From Chitinophagales bacterium (GTDB lineage Bacteria; Bacteroidota; Bacteroidia; Chitinophagales; Chitinophagaceae), in the NCBI GenBank assembly GCA_038328115.1, contig JBBQLS010000001.1:8568-72567 (forward strand): 64,000 nt of DNA, read 5' to 3'. The position numbers were made by a program, and so were the translations under genes. The notes under the pieces were generated by a model. The model did not search any database and was not told the origin of the DNA. It worked only from the letters and a program-made list of their open reading frames with translations. Position 1 is the stretch's first letter; each line of letters starts with the position of its first letter. Shown here piece by piece: positions 59,075 to 64,000 of the stretch.

Positions 59075-61522
59075 CTACTGCCTATTGAAACTTATTTTTG
59101 CCAATACCCGCTTGTCCCCCACTTCTTCCTTAGTCATCATCCACAGCGAATAATATTTTCCTGCTGCCCATTGGTCAATAAAATTATCATAGTATTTACT
59201 GCCGGGGTTTCCGCTTTGTCCGCCAGGATATACACCGTATGCTTCTGTTTTAGCGGTAAGGCTTATTACCATACGCCAGCTTGGGCCATGTGTTTCCTTG
59301 GTGGCATTTATATTATGTGTACTGCCACCTACAGGCAAATTCAACCTGCTAAAGGGTGCCAGTTTTGCCAGGTGATCAACATGCGTTCCTTTATATTTTT
59401 CCCAATCCAGTTTGCCTTCGGCTTCGGCTTTTTTTAATGCAATGGCCGCTTTTTTAAATGCTGCCATTATATCATCGGCCAGTGTTTCTATTTGTGGAGT
59501 ATTGATATTATCTAAAAATTTATAAGCCGAATCTTTTAGTAACCCTTCAAGTAAAGATGATTCGAAAGGCCGCATGACGACTTTTGGCGCCTTGCTGAAT
59601 TCATCATTAAAAATGGTGTCCTGTAAGTTGATCCACAGCAATTCAAAAACCGTAGCACCTTTTGAGCCCACATCATTTCGTAAATCCCAACCTTTTAAAT
59701 AATTCAGGTATTTTTTTTCATCCGCACTCAGCCCATCTTCCTTCATGTTTTTTAAAAGCAACGGCATTAACATAGCAGCAGGTGCGTTATAATTGTCGGT
59801 TTGCAGCGTCATCATATCCTGCGGCGTAATACCCGTCATAGCATTCAGTCTGCGGTTAATTTCAAAGCCTCTGTACATTGGGTAATCTCTTCCCAGGTAA
59901 TAGGGATAGGTATTATCATCAACCGGTTTTTGGTTGGCACTGCTTACAAAACCCCTTTCAGGATTATACTGATGCGGCACTTCATCCTGTGGTATCATAC
60001 CCTGCCACAAATAACTACTGTCAGTTCCCGGCATTACAAAATCGCCCTGGCCCTTCCATTTGGCAGGCCACTCGCCTTGTGTGCGTAAGGCAATATCCCC
60101 GTTCTTACAGGCAAACACACAGTTTTGGCCGGGTGTATGCAGGTTGGTTACGGCAGCAGAATAATCAGCATAATTTTTTGCACGGTTCAGCATGTTAAAT
60201 ATCTTCAGTTCATTGCTTGCATCATGTGCTTTCCATCTTACAGCATAATATTTATTGTTTGTGTTTCTGCCGCCCGAAAAAGATTTATCGTACATCACCG
60301 GGCACCAGTCATTTCCCAGTTGCACATAAGCAACTGAATCAATAAAATCAGGTTTATTTTTTATTTTGATTGTATCAATCCTGAACCGTGTTGTGTGATA
60401 ATCGCCATTAAACAAATATTCCTTCCGGCTATCGTCCTTAAATTTTATTTCGTAGTAATCCCTTACATCACGGCCGCCATTGGTAAAGCCAAAAGCACAA
60501 CTATCGTTATAACCAATAATTACACCCGGCGCTCCCGGAAAGCTTACTCCGTAAGCATTAAAGGTTGGCGTAGATATCTGCACTTCGTACCAAAGCGAAG
60601 GTAGATTTAAACCCAGGTGCGGATCGTTACATAAAATAGGTGCACCGCTTTTTGTTTTACTACCACTTACTGCCCAGTTATTACTTCCGTTATCCCTGTC
60701 GGGTTTCACAGTTTCTGAAACGGCCAGGTCACGGTTATTAAAATAAACAGAATCTGCACTGGCAGGCGCAACCGGAAATACGGTTTGCTTGTCGAACATT
60801 GTTCCTTTGGGGATGATGGGATCTAATGAATCCTGGGTTGATGGAAACAATTTTGCAAAATCATCGGCACTAAAATAACTTTTAGCATTCGTCATTTCAA
60901 AATCATCGTCATGCGCAGCCAGATCGTAACTCATGTATTTTAAGAACAGCGAAGTTTTAAGATTGGTCCATTTTTCAGGTTTGTAACCAATCAGTTTATA
61001 TTCCAAGGGCAGTGTACTTTCGGTCAATGTTTCAATGTATGCATTCACACCGGCAGTGTAAGAATCGCATTCAGCCTTTATAACAGGGTCTTTATTTACT
61101 TCCTGTAAAGCAATTTCTGCTGCATATACCATACCCAGCCTTCTGAATTCACGGTCATGTTCTAAACCCTTTTCTCCAAGTATTTCACTTGCCCTGCCGC
61201 CTGCGGCAAATGTTTGTAACTCCATTTGCCACAACCTGAATTTTGCATGCAGAAAACCCTGTACAAAGTAGGCATCGTTTTCCTGCTCTGCAAAAATATG
61301 TGGCACCAGGCGGTCATCCAGATAAACATCTACCTTACCATTCAGTTGGGGAAATGAAAGACTGGCGTTGAAATTCTCTGATGCCGGTTCTGCATTTTGC
61401 CATACACCATGCTGCGGACTTAATAATGCACCCAAGGGAGCAGGCAAAACAAGCTTACTGTTTAATACAACTACCAGGCCTGAAGTAATTAATGCAGATG
61501 CAACAAAAGGAAGAATTCTCAT
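59075..61522 (-). CDS. Penicillin acylase family (Ntn hydrolase)
   Basis: VPHIFA, RLWQM, GSNNWAV (N-terminal nucleophile Ser), NDPHL, SANQ, PGGQSGNPGS. Confidence 0.95.
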   Translation of the reverse strand: MRILPFVASALITSGLVVVLNSKLVLPAPLGALLSPQHGVWQNAEPASENFNASLSFPQLNGKVDVYLDDRLVPHIFAEQENDAYFVQGFLHAKFRLWQMELQTFAAGGRASEILGEKGLEHDREFRRLGMVYAAEIALQEVNKDPVIKAECDSYTAGVNAYIETLTESTLPLEYKLIGYKPEKWTNLKTSLFLKYMSYDLAAHDDDFEMTNAKSYFSADDFAKLFPSTQDSLDPIIPKGTMFDKQTVFPVAPASADSVYFNNRDLAVSETVKPDRDNGSNNWAVSGSKTKSGAPILCNDPHLGLNLPSLWYEVQISTPTFNAYGVSFPGAPGVIIGYNDSCAFGFTNGGRDVRDYYEIKFKDDSRKEYLFNGDYHTTRFRIDTIKIKNKPDFIDSVAYVQLGNDWCPVMYDKSFSGGRNTNNKYYAVRWKAHDASNELKIFNMLNRAKNYADYSAAVTNLHTPGQNCVFACKNGDIALRTQGEWPAKWKGQGDFVMPGTDSSYLWQGMIPQDEVPHQYNPERGFVSSANQKPVDDNTYPYYLGRDYPMYRGFEINRRLNAMTGITPQDMMTLQTDNYNAPAAMLMPLLLKNMKEDGLSADEKKYLNYLKGWDLRNDVGSKGATVFELLWINLQDTIFNDEFSKAPKVVMRPFESSLLEGLLKDSAYKFLDNINTPQIETLADDIMAAFKKAAIALKKAEAEGKLDWEKYKGTHVDHLAKLAPFSRLNLPVGGSTHNINATKETHGPSWRMVISLTAKTEAYGVYPGGQSGNPGSKYYDNFIDQWAAGKYYSLWMMTKEEVGDKRVLAKISFNRQ

Positions 61523-61713
61523 ATAAGCATTGTTATTTTCTGTAAAATACTAAAATCTGTCTTAATACCATGCTTTATAAGAAAAATAAGGAGGCTGCTA
61601 TCTACCTTTTAACGATACAGAACTTACAAAATAATCACATTTAAGGCCTGTGGTATGGTGTTTGTTTAGGGGTTGATGAGATTTACACTTAATAACCATT
61701 TAAAACGAAAACT

Positions 61714-62127
61714 ATGAAAAGGAATTTATTTTTATTGATACCTGCATTTGCGATGATATTTTTTATATCGTCATGCAGTAAGAGTGATAGCACTGGCAAT
61801 ACATCCAATGCAACACCAGCCGGAACCTGGACGGGCACAGGTCAATATGGAACTACTGCAGGAAACCCTACTTATGCTTTTACCCTGAATTTTAAAGCAA
61901 ACGGAACGGTTGATATTACTGGTAACAACACCACAGCTATCGATGTTGCAACAGGTACCTGGCAAATTGTGCAGGATAGTGTAAGGGCTTATTACAGGTA
62001 TGCCGCTTCAAGTGCTGATTATACATTATCAGGTAAATTTACTGCAGGATCAAGTGTAATGGCTGGTACAATCGGGTTAGGAACCTCAACTACCGGTGTT
62101 GGTTTGTTTTCAGTAACAAGACAATAA
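61714..62127 (+). CDS. Small lipoprotein (Gly/Thr-rich, beta-rich)
   Basis: Lipobox ISS/C; GTWTG motif; GG-N10-GT sigma-54-like box at 61651-61665. Confidence 0.75.
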   Translation: MKRNLFLLIPAFAMIFFISSCSKSDSTGNTSNATPAGTWTGTGQYGTTAGNPTYAFTLNFKANGTVDITGNNTTAIDVATGTWQIVQDSVRAYYRYAASSADYTLSGKFTAGSSVMAGTIGLGTSTTGVGLFSVTRQ

Positions 62128-62189
62128 ATAAATAAATACATTATAAAACAGTTTGGCATTTACAGCCAGGCTGTTTTATTTTTGCAGGT

Positions 62190-62801
62190 ATGGAAAATTT
62201 ATCTGCCGACATCAAAAATATTCTGGGCCTGAAACTACCCTCTGACCCCCGTTGGGTTAATTTAGCAGAACTGCAACTGGATGAAATTTTAACGGACCAT
62301 GCCTACTGCGAACAGAAAGCTGCAACAACCTGTATCTCGTTAATTACAAAAAACCCCGAGAAAGAATTACTGGTAGAAGAACTGGCTCCCATTGTTACCG
62401 AAGAATGGGGGCACTTTAGAATGGTGATTGCAGAGTTGAAAAAGCGCAACCTTAAACTTGGAAGACAACGTAAGGATGTTTATGTAAATTCTCTTTTACA
62501 GTTTCAGAAAAAAGATGGAAGCCCGCAGGAACGATTTTTAGACCAGATGCTGATTATGGCTTTAATAGAGGCACGTAGCTGCGAACGTTTTAAAAGATTG
62601 AGTGAAGGGCTGGATGATGAGTACATGCGCAATTTTTACAGAAAGTTTATGGAGAGCGAAGCAGGACATTATACATTATTCATTACACTTGCCGAGCATT
62701 ACTTAGATAAAAAAATTGTTAGAAACCGCTGGGCGGAATGGCTTAAGTATGAAAATGAATTGATGAAGGAGATGGAAGTGAGAGGTGACAGGATACATTA
62801 A
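62190..62801 (+). CDS. miaE: tRNA-(ms2io6A) hydroxylase MiaE-like (di-iron ferritin fold)
   Basis: DHAYCEQKAA, EEWGHF, IEARSCERF, SEAGHY. Confidence 0.9.
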   Translation: MENLSADIKNILGLKLPSDPRWVNLAELQLDEILTDHAYCEQKAATTCISLITKNPEKELLVEELAPIVTEEWGHFRMVIAELKKRNLKLGRQRKDVYVNSLLQFQKKDGSPQERFLDQMLIMALIEARSCERFKRLSEGLDDEYMRNFYRKFMESEAGHYTLFITLAEHYLDKKIVRNRWAEWLKYENELMKEMEVRGDRIH

Positions 62802-62834
62802 CCCCCTCCGCCCCCTGAAGGGAGAACTTAGATA

Positions 62835-63806
62835 TCACGATTTGAAAAAATCTTCTTCTTCGTTAAGATGCAAATAAGAAAATTGTTCTTGCAATTTCCT
62901 TACCTTCTCTAAATTGGTATGCAGAAATTTCTTGTGCTGCATTGATGTTGGGTTGAAAGGCTTATGATTTTTTGCCGCAACGATAACCGCAATTTCCTTC
63001 ATTAATTGTTGAGAAGATTCATCAATACAGGTTGCAATAAATTTCTCCCACACATAGTTGGTGGCTGCATAATTGGGGTGTACCATATCTTCTGCAAAAA
63101 AGCGGTAATCACGCAGGTCGTCAATTATCAGTTCGTAAGCCGGAAAATAAAAACAATCCGTATTTTTTTCTGTAAGCTGCTGTACAGCCTGTATCAGTGT
63201 AGCTTTGCCGCGGTTGTTTTCAACAAAGCCATCACGTAAATGCCGCACGGGGCTAATGGTTAAGATGATTTTAAGTTGAGGGTTAAATGCAACTGCTTTC
63301 GCTAACATTTCATCTAAACTATTAAAAACTTCAGCAGCAGATAATAGACGTTTATTAAATTTATCAGTAGGTACTTTGTGGCAGTTTGCTACTACTTCTT
63401 TGTTTTCCAACTCATACACAAAAGCAGAGCCCAGTGTTATCAATAGCCAATCAGTATTTTTTAAAAATGCATTTGCTTTGGATTGAGATTCATTTATTCC
63501 GGTCAGGCATTTTTGTAAATCCGGATTTGAAAAACGGCTATGATGTTCCCAACTGTTCCAGCTTTCATTTTGATAAAATAAGTCTGCCTCTGTGTATTGT
63601 TTGTTATCTATGTAAGATGAAATGGATTTAGTAATGCTTACCGGGTTAAATAAAATACCATTAGGATTATCCAGCACCGAAAATTTATAGTTGGTAAGTT
63701 TTGAGCCTATCTGTTCGGTAAAGCAGGAGCCTATGAGCAATAAATTTTGCTGATGGTTGATCTTTATATCAAACGGTTTGGGAGTAAATTCTAAATGGAA
63801 GTTCAT
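62835..63806 (-). CDS. GSCFA domain protein (SGNH-like)
   Basis: GSCF, NPNGILFNP, ITLGS, ANCHKVP, TISPVRH, YFPAYE, DM.HP. Confidence 0.92.
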   Translation of the reverse strand: MNFHLEFTPKPFDIKINHQQNLLLIGSCFTEQIGSKLTNYKFSVLDNPNGILFNPVSITKSISSYIDNKQYTEADLFYQNESWNSWEHHSRFSNPDLQKCLTGINESQSKANAFLKNTDWLLITLGSAFVYELENKEVVANCHKVPTDKFNKRLLSAAEVFNSLDEMLAKAVAFNPQLKIILTISPVRHLRDGFVENNRGKATLIQAVQQLTEKNTDCFYFPAYELIIDDLRDYRFFAEDMVHPNYAATNYVWEKFIATCIDESSQQLMKEIAVIVAAKNHKPFNPTSMQHKKFLHTNLEKVRKLQEQFSYLHLNEEEDFFKS

Positions 63807-63836
63807 AATGCTGCACTAAATAAGTGAAGATTTTTT

Positions 63837-63915
63837 GCCACGAATACTTCAACAAGTTCAGTACACGAATTTACACGAATGTTCTATATAAGGGTCTATT
63901 CGTGAAATTCGTGGC
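63837..63915. repeat. CACGAAT / ATTCGTG inverted repeat with an internal insert
   Basis: gccacgaat-[acttcaacaagttcagta]-cacgaat-ttacacgaat ... attcgtga-aattcgtggc. Confidence 0.6.
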
Positions 63916-64000
63916 TAAATAAATATTTCAGCAGCCATTTTACTGCAATGAGCTAAAGCATCTTTATTTAAATTACCCAACAGATTTTGTTCTTCAAAAT
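63915..64000 (-). CDS. 3' end of an unidentified CDS entering from the window edge
   Basis: Open minus-strand frame FEEQNLLGNLNKDALAHCSKMAAEIFI* ending at TAG 63915-63917. Confidence 0.45.
   Translation of the reverse strand, partial: FEEQNLLGNLNKDALAHCSKMAAEIFI

Overview
A 64-kb, AT-rich, mostly core-genome window from a Bacteroidota bacterium, most likely Chitinophagaceae. This is inferred from TAnnTTTG-type -7 promoter boxes, the absence of Shine-Dalgarno motifs, and the gene set. It holds about 55 CDS: translation genes (thrS, infC, rluF, rpmI, rplT, type-B L31, ABC-F, trhO, miaE-like), envelope genes (lgt, LptD-like, OstA-like, MlaD, amidase, OmpA, TonB-dependent receptors, secDF), metabolism (tpiA, speA, aminotransferase, methylmalonyl-CoA mutase large subunit), a small polysaccharide cluster and one tRNA-Arg(TCT). 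No CRISPR array, prophage or intact IS is visible. The most unusual structure is not in the ORF track. Just downstream of tRNA-Arg lies a ~340-bp unit made of a disrupted stand-alone GIY-YIG nuclease gene. Its stop codon sits in the D-loop of a second, 5'-truncated copy of the tRNA, whose anticodon arm is replaced by a TCCCGAT-n-ATCGGGA palindrome that also occurs elsewhere in the window. Other signals include a 6-codon uORF (MKYFII*) with hairpins in the leader of a MATE pump, a decayed REP-associated Y1 transposase plus several REP families, and a candidate ~105-nt sRNA. There is also an exported Ppx/GppA-fold protein paired with a membrane-anchored coiled-coil protein, an unnamed ~105-aa domain shared by an amidase and a secreted protein, and heptamer-periodic repeats that invade coding sequence.
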